Part shown: one piece after another, positions 54,709 to 64,000 of the stretch
Numbering within the stretch: the stretch's first letter is position 1
Layout of the letters: every line of letters starts with the position of its first letter
NCBI GenBank assembly: GCA_963714085.1
Contig: OY970229.1
Span: 832,001 to 896,000, forward strand
DNA: 64,000 nucleotides
DNA from: an uncultured Candidatus Micrarchaeota archaeon
Lineage (GTDB): Archaea > Micrarchaeota > Micrarchaeia > Anstonellales > Bilamarchaeaceae
Direction of reading: 5' to 3'
The notes under the pieces: model-generated
What the model was told of the DNA's origin: nothing
Seen by the model: only the letters and a program-made list of their open reading frames with translations
The model's database searches: none
Made by a program: the position numbers and the translations under genes

Positions 54709-54774
54709 ACCAATCGCCTGAGTATATACTTATACACTATAAGTATACATACTAAGGGGTTAGGGGAAAACCTG

Positions 54775-54808
54775 GTATAAAAGCGTTTCGGGGGTGGATT
54801 TCCGCGGT
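54775..54808 (-). promoter_or_regulatory. Promoter of the DUF736-like/radA operon
   Basis: Minus strand ACCGCGGAAATCCACCCCCGAAACGCTTTTATAC (BRE/TATA-like at its 3' end); matches 9336-9369. Confidence 0.7.
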
Positions 54809-54866
54809 TCCGCGGTGAACAAAATCCCCCAATCCATCCCTGTGAAACAATCCCTTTCAATGGTTA

Positions 54867-56246
54867 TCAGCTTTTGAAATACGCCTCGTACAGCGCCCTC
54901 GCGGCCTTCTGGCCGTCGCCGTTCCTCAGCCAGAGAATGAAGCTCACTCCCTGGTGCGAATGGAACGGCACATCGATTCCCGCATCATAGAGCGCATCGA
55001 ATATGCCCTTTGCCAGGCTCGGGGCCCCGCTGGCCTCTTCCCCTACAATCGCGACCTCGCTGAGCTCGCGCACCCTTATCTCCCGCGGGGAGGTCGCGTT
55101 CCTTATCTTAGCCACCACCTCGCCGATGCCCATGCCAGCGTTTTCCATGCTTTGTCTCCTTACTATCACCGAGATGTCGTTTACCGATGACGGAGCGTGC
55201 TCCACCGAGATACCCGCATCGCGGAACGGTCTTAGCAGGCTGTCGAAGAATCCTACAGCATTAGCAATCCCGTATTTCACGACATCGAAAGCCAGGATCT
55301 CGCCCCTGTGGACTATGCCGGTTATACCGTGCTCGCTCCTGTCCACCTCCGGCAGTATGTGGGTCCCCTCCGACGATTCTTCAAAAGTGCTGAGCACCTG
55401 AGTCGGTATGCCATATATGGAAATCGGCTCAGCCGCCTCATACTGGAAAACCCCGAACTTCCCGCCCTGCGTCAGTTCTATGAGATTGCGGTGCGTCATC
55501 CTCCTTATCACCGGCGCGTCTGGATCTATGGAAGGCTCCACCACGCGTATGCCGTTCGTGTCAGTGAAATTCTGGTATAACCGAGCGTGCAATGCCGATG
55601 CGAGCACCGCTCCGGTATAGTCGCTCCCGCCCCTCGCGAACGTCCTTATCGCTCCTCCGGAATCATAGCCGTAGAAACCGGGGAACACGATGCGTCCGCC
55701 GTTACCAAGCACGTCTTGGACCCTGCTCCTGATTGCGGGGTAATCTTCGTCCCGCACGTAATTCTGGTTGCCGGTGCGGCTGACGATGAATGCCGCATCC
55801 GCGGGGTCCAGATAGCACGCTTTCACCCCTATCATGTTCAGGTAATCCGCCATTAGGCGCGCATTGAGCTCTTCGCCTAAGGCCGCGACTGGGGCGTCGT
55901 CATCTGCAAGCATCTTCACCCTTCCAAGCACAGTCTCCTTTATCCTGCCGCTGATTTTGGCGCCCATGCCAAGCCCGCCCTCGATGTCCCGGTAAACCCT
56001 CTCAACACCAGCTATATCGTCTTCAAGGGGTTGTTTTTTACGCGCTTTTTCGACGATGTGGAGAAGCCTGTCCGTCACCTTTATGTCATTCGCCTGCCCG
56101 CTGTTCGATCCCTTTGTTTTGCCCGGGGCTGAGACCACGACGATCCTCATATCCGTATTCTTTGTAACCCTCATCCCCACAGTTTTGAAGCAATCCGCAT
56201 TAGCCAGAGAGCTACCGCCGAATTTCGCGACAATCAAACTTGACAT
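54867..56246 (-). CDS. lysC: Aspartate kinase
   Basis: VAKFGGSSLA, VVSAPGK, FPGFYG, RGGSDYTG, C-terminal ACT domains. Confidence 0.92.
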   Translation of the reverse strand: MSSLIVAKFGGSSLANADCFKTVGMRVTKNTDMRIVVVSAPGKTKGSNSGQANDIKVTDRLLHIVEKARKKQPLEDDIAGVERVYRDIEGGLGMGAKISGRIKETVLGRVKMLADDDAPVAALGEELNARLMADYLNMIGVKACYLDPADAAFIVSRTGNQNYVRDEDYPAIRSRVQDVLGNGGRIVFPGFYGYDSGGAIRTFARGGSDYTGAVLASALHARLYQNFTDTNGIRVVEPSIDPDAPVIRRMTHRNLIELTQGGKFGVFQYEAAEPISIYGIPTQVLSTFEESSEGTHILPEVDRSEHGITGIVHRGEILAFDVVKYGIANAVGFFDSLLRPFRDAGISVEHAPSSVNDISVIVRRQSMENAGMGIGEVVAKIRNATSPREIRVRELSEVAIVGEEASGAPSLAKGIFDALYDAGIDVPFHSHQGVSFILWLRNGDGQKAARALYEAYFKS

Positions 56247-56369
56247 ATCATGGCACCTCGAAGTTTTTGTATGTGGCTATTGGTAAATGTTCATATATAT
56301 TAATCGAATGTCTGAAAAAGAACAAAAAATGAAGATAATGTTTTAAAATGAACCAAACACAGGTTCCAC

Positions 56370-57020
56370 ATGGTCACCATAGCCAAAGTCGTCGAGAAAC
56401 TCGTGAAGCAGAACCCTTCGCTCGAGATCTCCCTTTCCAAGGACATCGTCAGCTACTCGAAGCTCGCGCGCTACGTGCACAACGAGGTGGAGAGGGAGTT
56501 CGGCAAGAAGGTCAACGATGCGGCGATAACCGTGGCGCTCAAGCGGCTGAAAGAACGCTCCGGACGCCTATACGAGGCGAAGAAGGGCGAGTACTACGCG
56601 CTCGAGCTAAACACCAGCTCCAATCTCATGGAGCTCACAATCGGCAGGAGCGGCCGCCTGCCGCAGATAATGAAGTCCATATACGAGTTCCCGGAGCTCG
56701 AGGAAGGCTGCATCATGCACGCCGTGCACGGGAACAACCAGACTACGTTCGTTTTCAGCAGCCGTCTCGAGAAGCGGATGAAGGCATTGGTCTCGAGCGA
56801 GAAGGCGATCTTCGACATGAAGGGCCTGGCCCAGCTCTCCATAAAGTTCGACGAGAAGATGTTCCAGACCCCGGGTTTTATCGTCTACGTGCTCAAGGAG
56901 CTGGCCTGGAACAATATCGGAATAGTCGAGATCATCTCCACCTATACGGAGCTTATCGTGATAGTGAAGGAGGAGGACCTGCTGAATACGCACAGGATCG
57001 TGCAGGAGCTGCTTTTCTGA
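56370..57020 (+). CDS. ACT-domain protein with N-terminal HTH-like region
   Basis: IVSYSKLARY...VALKR; TPG...LAWNNIGIVEIISTYTEL; divergent from lysC. Confidence 0.8.
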   Translation: MVTIAKVVEKLVKQNPSLEISLSKDIVSYSKLARYVHNEVEREFGKKVNDAAITVALKRLKERSGRLYEAKKGEYYALELNTSSNLMELTIGRSGRLPQIMKSIYEFPELEEGCIMHAVHGNNQTTFVFSSRLEKRMKALVSSEKAIFDMKGLAQLSIKFDEKMFQTPGFIVYVLKELAWNNIGIVEIISTYTELIVIVKEEDLLNTHRIVQELLF

Positions 57021-57091
57021 GTAAGAACCACATTCTCCCATATTGCAAAACCTTTTAAACTGCGACTGGCATATCATACCAAGTGAAATGC

Positions 57092-57718
57092 ATGGCATCA
57101 GAAGACGGACTCATGGTTGAACGGAAAAGCCGATACAGAATCCTCGTGGTGGAAGACAACCCCGAATTCATGGAAAACGCCCTCAGAGCAATCGCCGGAA
57201 AAGGGCACGACGCGCTCCCTGCCACCAACCTCGAAGAGGTTCTTCATCTCGAGAGGCTCAAGCTGGATTTCATACTCAGCGACGTGCATTTCCCAAATGA
57301 GCTCGGCGGGGAACCGGTCGAGAACATAGTCCCGCTCATGCACGCAGCCCTTGAAGCCAACGTGCCAATCTGCTTCGTGACGCAGGCCGACCATCACGGC
57401 CTGACTGAAAGCGATCAAGGGTATATCTCCATCAAGCCGCTTACCATAAGCGACCTCCTGCAGACGCTCATGACGCTCAGACAGCCGAACGCGGACAAGA
57501 CGAAGAAAGCGTTCTCCAGCGTTCAGTCGACAGATTCCATGGTCATCGAGGCCGGTGCCAAGACGCGTGAGATATGGGAGACGGCCTTTGAAAGGCTTCA
57601 GAACGTATGCGCGCAGAAACCGCGCCCCATTGAGCTCGTGATACGGACGGTCAGAGAGACCGCAGGAGTGAAAGTCGGGGTCGAAAATGGGCTGCTGGTT
57701 CTGAGACCGCGTTCCTGA
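57092..57718 (+). CDS. Response-regulator receiver domain protein
   Basis: RILVVEDN, DFILSDVHFP, ICFVT; start uncertain (57083-57113). Confidence 0.7.
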   Translation: MASEDGLMVERKSRYRILVVEDNPEFMENALRAIAGKGHDALPATNLEEVLHLERLKLDFILSDVHFPNELGGEPVENIVPLMHAALEANVPICFVTQADHHGLTESDQGYISIKPLTISDLLQTLMTLRQPNADKTKKAFSSVQSTDSMVIEAGAKTREIWETAFERLQNVCAQKPRPIELVIRTVRETAGVKVGVENGLLVLRPRS

Positions 57719-57720
57719 TC

Positions 57721-57990
57721 CTATCTCAGCAAGCCGCCATTCGTCTGCTGAACAAAGCTCGCCGCGCCGCTGACCGCAGCGGCTGCGAGGACGATCACTA
57801 CGAACGCAAATCCTATCGCGCCCGCCGGGGCCATCAAAAATGCAATTCTTTCCAATCTAGTTTTTTCGTCTGAGAGCCGTTTTCCTGCTAATAGGTAAGT
57901 TATCGCAGCGAACGCGAGAAGGGCGAGCGCCAGTAAAAACACTATGGGCGTGAACATCGAGAGAACCGCGACTATGGCCTCGATCATCAT
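57721..57990 (-). CDS. Small 2-TM pilin-like protein
   Basis: Hydrophobic helix, charged loop, hydrophobic helix; ATGA overlap with the upstream pilin-like gene; similar GLL(R/K) end. Confidence 0.55.
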   Translation of the reverse strand: MMIEAIVAVLSMFTPIVFLLALALLAFAAITYLLAGKRLSDEKTRLERIAFLMAPAGAIGFAFVVIVLAAAAVSGAASFVQQTNGGLLR

Positions 57991-58235
57991 TTCAGCAGCC
58001 CTGCGCTCCATTGCTGTATCAGCGTCGCGGCGCCGGCTATCGCGCCTACGATGATGGCGCCGATTATCATGGATATCGCGGTCGTCTGCCATTTGCCCCT
58101 TATCTCAGGGGGCTGAGTCTGAGCAAGTCCGTAGACGATGCCTCCGAGCAGGAACAGTATGAGCGATATCACCGGAGCGATGTTCGTGAGAAAAGCCGCT
58201 ATGTTGATCGCAGTCGTTTCAAGCCCTATTGCCAT
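57987..58235 (-). CDS. TrbC/VirB2-like pilin
   Basis: ILFLLGGIVYGLAQ..PPEIRGKWQTTAISMIIGAII helical hairpin, 82 aa. Confidence 0.65.
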   Translation of the reverse strand: MAIGLETTAINIAAFLTNIAPVISLILFLLGGIVYGLAQTQPPEIRGKWQTTAISMIIGAIIVGAIAGAATLIQQWSAGLLK

Positions 58236-58303
58236 GGATTGGTAAGGCGAAAAAGAGTTTTTAAACCGCTTGTTGCGCTTTCATGCCTCCGGAAACAGAT
58301 GGT

Positions 58304-59314
58304 TCACGGGTTGGTTTTCGCCACTTTCCTGCAAAAATCCACCAATCTGCAGGAATAGCCGTATTCGTTGTCATACCAGGCCGATATCTTCACGAGGTTG
58401 CCCACTGCCTTGGTGAGCTTGGAATCGACTATCGCCGACTCGCTGGTCCCTATTATGTCGCAGGACACCAGCGGCTCCTCGGTGTACCCGAGTACGCCCT
58501 TGAGCTCCTCACGCGAAGCGCGCTCCAGCTCCTTGTTCAGCTCCTTGGCGTCTGCTTCCTTATCCAGCAGGAGCGTCATGTCGTTCATGGAGCCGTCCGG
58601 CACCGGCACGCGGAACGCGAGGCCGTCCAGCTTCCCCTTGAGCTCGGGCATCACGAGGCCGATCGCCTTCGCTGCGCCGGTCTTGGTCGGTATTATGGAC
58701 ACCGCGCCCGCCCTCGCCCGCCTCCAGTCCTTGTGCGAGCCGTCCAGCATGCGCTGGTCGTTGGTGTAGGCGTGTATCGTGCTCAGGAAGCCCCTCTGCA
58801 CCCCGTATTTGGCATGGATGACCTTGAGCACCGGCGCGAGGCAATTCGTGGTGCAGGAGGCCATGGACACTATCCTCATGTCCTTGTTGTAGGTGTGGTC
58901 GTTCACCCCCATGACTATGGTCGCGTCGCATTCGTCCCCCGGGGCCGATATGAGCACCTTCTTCGCCCCGGCGCTTATATGCTTCTCCGCTTCGGCGCGC
59001 GAGGTGAATTCGCCCGAGCTCTCCAGCACGAGGTCGATCTCCATCTCCTTCCACGGAAGTTTTAGCGGGTCGGCCTCCTGTATCCATTTTATCTCGTGGC
59101 CGTTCACGCAGAAGTTCCCGTTCTTGGCCGCCACCTCTCCCTTGAACCTGCCGAAGGCTGAATCATATTTGAAAAGATGGAGGTGCATGTCCATGTTGCT
59201 TCTCGTGTTTATGGCGACGACATCGAAATCCTTGCCCAGCGCCCCGCTCGCCACGGCTGCGCGGAGGAAGTTCTTCCCTATCCTGCCGAACCCTGATATG
59301 GCTACCCTCAGCAT
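58304..59314 (-). CDS. gap: Glyceraldehyde-3-phosphate dehydrogenase, class I (bacterial type)
   Basis: GFGRIG, KYDS, ASCTTNCLAP, HAYTNDQ, TGAAKA, RVP, WYDNEYGY. Confidence 0.96.
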   Translation of the reverse strand: MLRVAISGFGRIGKNFLRAAVASGALGKDFDVVAINTRSNMDMHLHLFKYDSAFGRFKGEVAAKNGNFCVNGHEIKWIQEADPLKLPWKEMEIDLVLESSGEFTSRAEAEKHISAGAKKVLISAPGDECDATIVMGVNDHTYNKDMRIVSMASCTTNCLAPVLKVIHAKYGVQRGFLSTIHAYTNDQRMLDGSHKDWRRARAGAVSIIPTKTGAAKAIGLVMPELKGKLDGLAFRVPVPDGSMNDMTLLLDKEADAKELNKELERASREELKGVLGYTEEPLVSCDIIGTSESAIVDSKLTKAVGNLVKISAWYDNEYGYSCRLVDFCRKVAKTNP

Positions 59315-59416
59315 AACTCCCACCTGATTAGTTGATGCCATATGGACAAGAAAAAGTTATAACCCTTCTTCCCTTGGGGTCGGGAGCTGATTCGCATCTC
59401 CCTGGTCGATCAGGTC

Positions 59417-59815
59417 TCATATCAGTTCCGAATATTGTCTCCTGAGGTCGGCAAGCTCCGGGTTTTGCGTTGCAGCCTTTGCAATGTCTTTTTTGAATCC
59501 GACTATCTGTTCCGGAGTCGCTTCTCTCACACTCATATTCCTGGGCGGGCCCATGTTCAGAACCACGATACCCCCGATCTTTTCGACATTAACGCACCGG
59601 AGGAACAGAAAACCCCTTCTCGGCAACCAAGCGAGGTTCTCGCTGCCGCTTTCTGTTCTAGTGTCAAAAGTTCTATACGTTTTCGTGATCAGCGGCTGCC
59701 CAGTCCGTGTGTGAGACAATATTACCGGGCGCTCCCCTGCACGTTCGAATTCTTTTCTCCTTTGTCCTTCGGTTTGCCCGCTCTTCTGTTCCTTGGGATG
59801 TGTTAAGAGGCTCAT
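59417..59815 (-). CDS. Hypothetical protein
   Basis: GTGA RBS-like sequence and TATA-like upstream; no motif. Confidence 0.5.
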   Translation of the reverse strand: MSLLTHPKEQKSGQTEGQRRKEFERAGERPVILSHTRTGQPLITKTYRTFDTRTESGSENLAWLPRRGFLFLRCVNVEKIGGIVVLNMGPPRNMSVREATPEQIVGFKKDIAKAATQNPELADLRRQYSELI

Positions 59816-59938
59816 GATATCACTTGAGTTAACGTATGCGTCATAGTATTTTAAATGTTTTCTATCACTTATAACAACATAAACTTTTTGGTTGGCGCAG
59901 AACCGATTAATCCCGCCGTGGCATCCATGCAGATGCTA

Positions 59939-60727
59939 TCAATCGAAGGCGGATGCCCTATATGACAGGTCCCAAGGCGTGAAATCCTCTCCCCTCGCCA
60001 CTGCGCTAATGATTTTCGCCACCATTTTTTCTGCGATGGATTCGAATCTCGGGGCAGCCATCGACTTTCCGTTAACTTTGCCGTTAATCAGGACCTGGTT
60101 GATTCTCGCCTGACCGTCCGCATCGATAACGAGCCATTCCGTTCTTCCGGCGCCCGCGACCACGCATTGCATCTCGAGCAATACGACATCCCCTGTTCCA
60201 TAATGCACAATGCTATATTCAAAGGTCATCTCCCTGCCGCTCTCGGTTGCGTACTCTTTCCTGATTCGGTTGTATACGCTCAGCCGACCCGTGTCCGCGT
60301 CCAGGTGTTTAAGCATGAATCCGTTCCCCAGGATCGCGTTCTGGGTGATCTTCGCCATCCTCGTGACCGGGTTATAGATCACCCTGGCACCGTCAACAAG
60401 CCGCGGGACTATGCCGGAGTATTCATGCGCATCGTAAATCAGACCACCGTCGGGATCATGTATCGTGGCGGTCACAAGCCCGTTCGTGAGGTTATGCGCT
60501 TCCAAGTGCACTGTCATGCCGTTAATGCGCGCCTTTATCCCGTCCGGGTCGGCGTACGTTTTGCGAATCATGCACTCCTTTTCATATCTGGCGACCCTTG
60601 CCAGGTCCCTTTCATGCACCGACATCCAGGAAACGTGCGGAAGCCTGACCGTTGATTCGACCGCCATGCCTTTGAGAAGTCCGATTCTCTTCAGAGTGCC
60701 CGCTTTCATAATGTTGATATGCAACAA
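59939..60727 (-). CDS. Hypothetical protein
   Basis: 262-aa ORF; start uncertain. Confidence 0.5.
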   Translation of the reverse strand: MLHINIMKAGTLKRIGLLKGMAVESTVRLPHVSWMSVHERDLARVARYEKECMIRKTYADPDGIKARINGMTVHLEAHNLTNGLVTATIHDPDGGLIYDAHEYSGIVPRLVDGARVIYNPVTRMAKITQNAILGNGFMLKHLDADTGRLSVYNRIRKEYATESGREMTFEYSIVHYGTGDVVLLEMQCVVAGAGRTEWLVIDADGQARINQVLINGKVNGKSMAAPRFESIAEKMVAKIISAVARGEDFTPWDLSYRASAFD

Positions 60728-60806
60728 TACGTTTTAAAACATGCCCATGCACCAAAACCCACCGCCGCCGGCGCGCCCGGCCCGCATTAAAAACCTGCGA
60801 GTCCAT

Positions 60807-61424
60807 ATGAGGGCTATGCGCGGTTTTATTCTGACGGTCCTGCTGCTCGCATGCGTCCTCATCGCCGGGTGCGCCACCCAAAACCCCCAAGCGCAGGCGG
60901 AGAACAGCACGATGCCGACCGCCCCAATTGCCAACGTTTCGCCAAACATTGCCCCGAACGCAAGCACCCCGGCAGCCAGCCCGGCGCCCGGCATCGCCCA
61001 GAACGCGAGCGCGCCGCCCGCGAACCCGGCGCCGAACATCACCCGGAACCTGAGCGTCCAGACAACGCCTGCGGATTCCTCAGGGCAGAACCTTTCCACG
61101 GACTTCGACAAGGTCTATTCCGGTGACGGCAAGCTCATGGTGTACTTCTTCTATTCCAGCACCTGCGAGAAATGCAAAATCATAGCCCCGTTCGTGGCCG
61201 GGATCGCGGAGCAGTACGGGAACGTAACCGAATGGCAGGACTACGACATAAACGGAGCGCAAGGCAGGTCCGCCTATTTCAGTTTTTTCAAACAGATGAA
61301 CCTGGACCAGGACCGCTCCGGGGTGCCGACCATCCTGGTGAACGACACCGTGCTTGTCGGAATATACGAGATAAACGATTCTCTGGAGCAGATAATCAAC
61401 GGATCGATCATCACGCCGCAATGA
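60807..61424 (+). CDS. Thioredoxin-fold lipoprotein
   Basis: Lipobox-like LIAGC, Pro/Ala/Asn linker, FFYSSTCEKC, GVPTIL; start 60807 or 60816. Confidence 0.8.
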   Translation: MRAMRGFILTVLLLACVLIAGCATQNPQAQAENSTMPTAPIANVSPNIAPNASTPAASPAPGIAQNASAPPANPAPNITRNLSVQTTPADSSGQNLSTDFDKVYSGDGKLMVYFFYSSTCEKCKIIAPFVAGIAEQYGNVTEWQDYDINGAQGRSAYFSFFKQMNLDQDRSGVPTILVNDTVLVGIYEINDSLEQIINGSIITPQ

Positions 61425-61477
61425 GCGGTGGGCGCGCGTTCACTTGTTTTAAATCATTTGCCTCCGATTAGCCATCC

Positions 61478-62509
61478 ATGAAGGTCATCCACTTCGATCC
61501 CAAGACCGGCGAGCTCAAGGTGGCAGCCGATACAGTGGACGACCTCTGGCACCTGGACAAGGTCCTTGGCGCCGGCTCCCGCGTGGAGGCTCACACCACC
61601 AGGACGTACAAGGTCGGGAACAAGGAGGAGAAGAAGCACGTCTTCATCACCATAGAGGTCGAGCGGGTGGAGTTCAGCAAGTCCCTGAACCGGCTCAGGC
61701 TATTAGGGAAGATAGTGGCCGGGGACCCCGAGGAGTTCGTGCAGATGGGCAAGCACCATACCATAGAGGTTTCCCCGGGCGACAAGATAAAGATCATCCA
61801 GCAGTGGAAGTCCCACCAGCTCAACCGGCTCAAGGAGGCGGAGAAGGAGTCCAAGAAGCCCAAGATACGCATAATCGTGCTGGACGACGAGAAGGCGCTC
61901 ACGGCCATGGTGCGCGCCTACGGCATCGAGTACGGGCCGGAGCTGTACTCCTCCGCCAGCAAGAGGGACGAGAAGCACGACGAGAGCGTGCGCTCCTATT
62001 TCGGCGCCGTCGCGGCCGAGATAGAGCGACACCCTGAGAAATACGTGGTCGCGGGCCCGGGCTTCACCAAGGACAACCTGAAGAAATTCATATCGCAGAA
62101 ATACCCGGACCTCCTCAAGCGCATCTCCTGGGAGTCCTGCTCCTATGCCGAGCGCGCGGGCGTCAACGAGCTGATGAAGCAGGGCGTGCTGGAGAAGATC
62201 ATGGGCGAGGAGCGCATCGAGCGCGAGACCAAACTTGTCGAAGAGCTCATCACTGAAATCCACAAGGACAGCGGGCTGGCCGCTTATGGAATCAAAGAGG
62301 TCGCGAAGTCGGTCGACGCCTCAGCGGTGAAGCAGGTCCTCGTCCTCGACGAATACCTCCGGACGGACAAGGAAGCCGAGGATCTGGTGGAGAGGGCGGA
62401 CAAATCCAAGGCCGCAATAATCATAATCTCTTCGGAAGAGGAGCCGGGCATGAAGCTCAAAGGCTTCGGCAAGATTGCAGCACTGCTCAAGTTCAAGATG
62501 CGTGAGTGA
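61478..62509 (+). CDS. pelA: Pelota/Dom34 ribosome rescue factor
   Basis: DDLWHL, RLRLLGKI, GKHHTIEV, VAGPGFTK, AAYG, FGKIAALLKF. Confidence 0.95.
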   Translation: MKVIHFDPKTGELKVAADTVDDLWHLDKVLGAGSRVEAHTTRTYKVGNKEEKKHVFITIEVERVEFSKSLNRLRLLGKIVAGDPEEFVQMGKHHTIEVSPGDKIKIIQQWKSHQLNRLKEAEKESKKPKIRIIVLDDEKALTAMVRAYGIEYGPELYSSASKRDEKHDESVRSYFGAVAAEIERHPEKYVVAGPGFTKDNLKKFISQKYPDLLKRISWESCSYAERAGVNELMKQGVLEKIMGEERIERETKLVEELITEIHKDSGLAAYGIKEVAKSVDASAVKQVLVLDEYLRTDKEAEDLVERADKSKAAIIIISSEEEPGMKLKGFGKIAALLKFKMRE

Positions 62510-62608
62510 ACGTTGCGCCTCTCGCAGACAAGGCCTGAAAAGCGCAACTTATTGTTTTTGGTGTCAAAAAATGAAGTTATTTAAAATACGTCTTTCTATA
62601 ATGTCCTT

Positions 62609-63676
62609 ATGGGCGGGACCACCTTCAGCTCTATCAAGCCAGCACTCACATCCATACTGAGCGGCAAGGATGTTAACCCGATGCGGGATTTCAGGCTCCT
62701 GGAGCATAGTCATTTCGACAACGTCAGCATGGGCACAAAGCCGAGCGGCACGCTGCACATGGGCAATCTTTTCGTCCTGGCATCGTGCATGCACTATCTG
62801 CGCGTCAACAGCAGCGCCACGGTCCATGTCGACATCATGGACCTTGATTTCAACAGCCATGGCGGCGCGCTGTTCATCCCGTTCATAAATCTGCCAGGCA
62901 CCAAAGAATTCATAACGCAGTTGGATGCTGCGGTGGGCATCCTCTCCCGCGAGCTGGTTGTTGGGCCGGAACGCGTCAAAATACGGTATTTCTCCGATAA
63001 GCTCAAAGAAAGCGATTCCAAGCTCAGGAGGATGTTTCTCGGGCTGGCCAAGGATAAGGAAACGGCAGACGCACTCAAATACTGCATCTCAGACGGGCCG
63101 GGCCGCCGCCACGCCTACCCGCCAGGCTGTCATGCCGCAGTGCCGATATCCATGATATGCCCTGGCTGCGGCCAGTCCAACAGTAATTTCGCACATTACA
63201 ATCCAACCCGCGCCCGGTTCACCGCGCAATGCTACAATCCGGGCTGCGCCGTAGGTGAATACGCCTCAGATCTTTCATCCGAACTCTTCAATGTGTACTA
63301 CCTGTCTCAGACCGTAAGAGACCTGCTCTTGCCGTCCCGCACTATCCATATCTACGGAGGCGACTATGACATGTCCCATGGCAAAAGTAATGCATCGAGG
63401 TTCATGCGTGCAGCAGCGATTGTGGAAGCAACGAAGCTGAATCTCGGGTTGGCAACCGGGATGCCATCTTTCTTCATAACCCCCATGATAACTAACCGCG
63501 ATGGCACGAAGATATCAAAGAGCGCGTGCAACAGGGGGCCGGCGTGCGGGAACCTGGTCTCCCACCTGCGGGACGAGATAGCGCACGTTGTCAAGCTGAT
63601 GCAATCATGCGTAGATGGCACGTTTGCGGGTCCCATTCTTACGGCTTCTGGAGATAACGCATCTTGTGCTGAATGA
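62609..63676 (+). CDS. Class I lysyl-tRNA synthetase-like protein, catalytic domain only
   Basis: KPSGTLHMGN (HIGH), PISMICPGCG, YGGDY, KISKS (KMSKS); ends about 50 aa after KISKS. Confidence 0.65.
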   Translation: MGGTTFSSIKPALTSILSGKDVNPMRDFRLLEHSHFDNVSMGTKPSGTLHMGNLFVLASCMHYLRVNSSATVHVDIMDLDFNSHGGALFIPFINLPGTKEFITQLDAAVGILSRELVVGPERVKIRYFSDKLKESDSKLRRMFLGLAKDKETADALKYCISDGPGRRHAYPPGCHAAVPISMICPGCGQSNSNFAHYNPTRARFTAQCYNPGCAVGEYASDLSSELFNVYYLSQTVRDLLLPSRTIHIYGGDYDMSHGKSNASRFMRAAAIVEATKLNLGLATGMPSFFITPMITNRDGTKISKSACNRGPACGNLVSHLRDEIAHVVKLMQSCVDGTFAGPILTASGDNASCAE

Positions 63677-63718
63677 AACCGTGTAGCACCTGACAACTTT
63701 GATAGAAATCGCCCATCC

Positions 63719-64000
63719 TCAGGCCTTGGCGTTTTTTCTCCGTCCCGGCCAATAAACGAAAGCGGTTATGACGCCGCTGAGCAGGACGTCATAGACCGGG
63801 TAGAGCGCGATCGTGAAGTTCCACTGGGTTATTGCGAGGAGGTTGAGCGTGTTGGCCACTACGAATATCGGCCATGCGAGATTGGCCTCCTCCTCCGGCT
63901 TGTCCCATGCCTTCTTTATCGTCGGCATGAAACCCATGGCATCCACAGCCGTGGTGAGGTAGTAGGCCAGGACAGGGTCTTTCGTGATCGCCCAGAGGGC
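63719..64000 (-). CDS. Multi-pass membrane protein, C-terminal part (window edge)
   Basis: ALWAITKDP...DAMGFMPTIKKAWDKPEEE...LYP; hydrophobic; frame open to the edge. Confidence 0.7.
   Translation of the reverse strand, partial: ALWAITKDPVLAYYLTTAVDAMGFMPTIKKAWDKPEEEANLAWPIFVVANTLNLLAITQWNFTIALYPVYDVLLSGVITAFVYWPGRRKNAKA

Noticed and set aside
1..64000. tRNA or rRNA genes
   Set aside because: No cloverleaf or rRNA-like sequence was recognised in the intergenic gaps by eye; tRNAscan-SE would be needed to exclude split or intron-containing tRNAs.

Overview
Archaeal chromosomal DNA. Evidence: archaeal-type RadA, pelota, PheT, TrpS, CTP-dependent riboflavin kinase, TATA-like promoters and GGTGA ribosome-binding sites. 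The gene mix suggests a DPANN lineage such as Micrarchaeota, which is an inference only. Housekeeping content: pyrD/pyrK, a riboflavin operon (ribB, an apparent archaeal ribC-ribH fusion, bacterial-type ribA and ribD) with a candidate RbkR operator and an rbkR-like gene nearby, acdBA, pheT, purF, thiolase/DUF35, non-oxidative pentose-phosphate genes, trpS, radA, aspartate kinase, class I GAPDH and pelota. The main candidate for an undescribed system is a 17.5 kb surface locus (13.9-31.4 kb) in which four secreted proteins share one unannotated domain of about 190-200 aa. It is the whole mature protein in two tandem paralogs, the N-terminus of a membrane-anchored protein and the extreme C-terminus of a 3986-aa subtilase/beta-helix giant, a layout resembling shaft, anchor and tip subunits of a fimbria-like fibre. 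Other highlights: a solo TnpB whose promoter is 30/34 identical to that of the DUF736-like/radA operon, a box C/D sRNA whose D' guide predicts 23S rRNA Um2552, two VirB2/TrbC-like pilins, an orphan Cas2-like gene, a truncated class I LysRS paralog, and two Cys-rich microproteins missing from the ORF track. All family calls are from motif recognition by eye; no searches were run.
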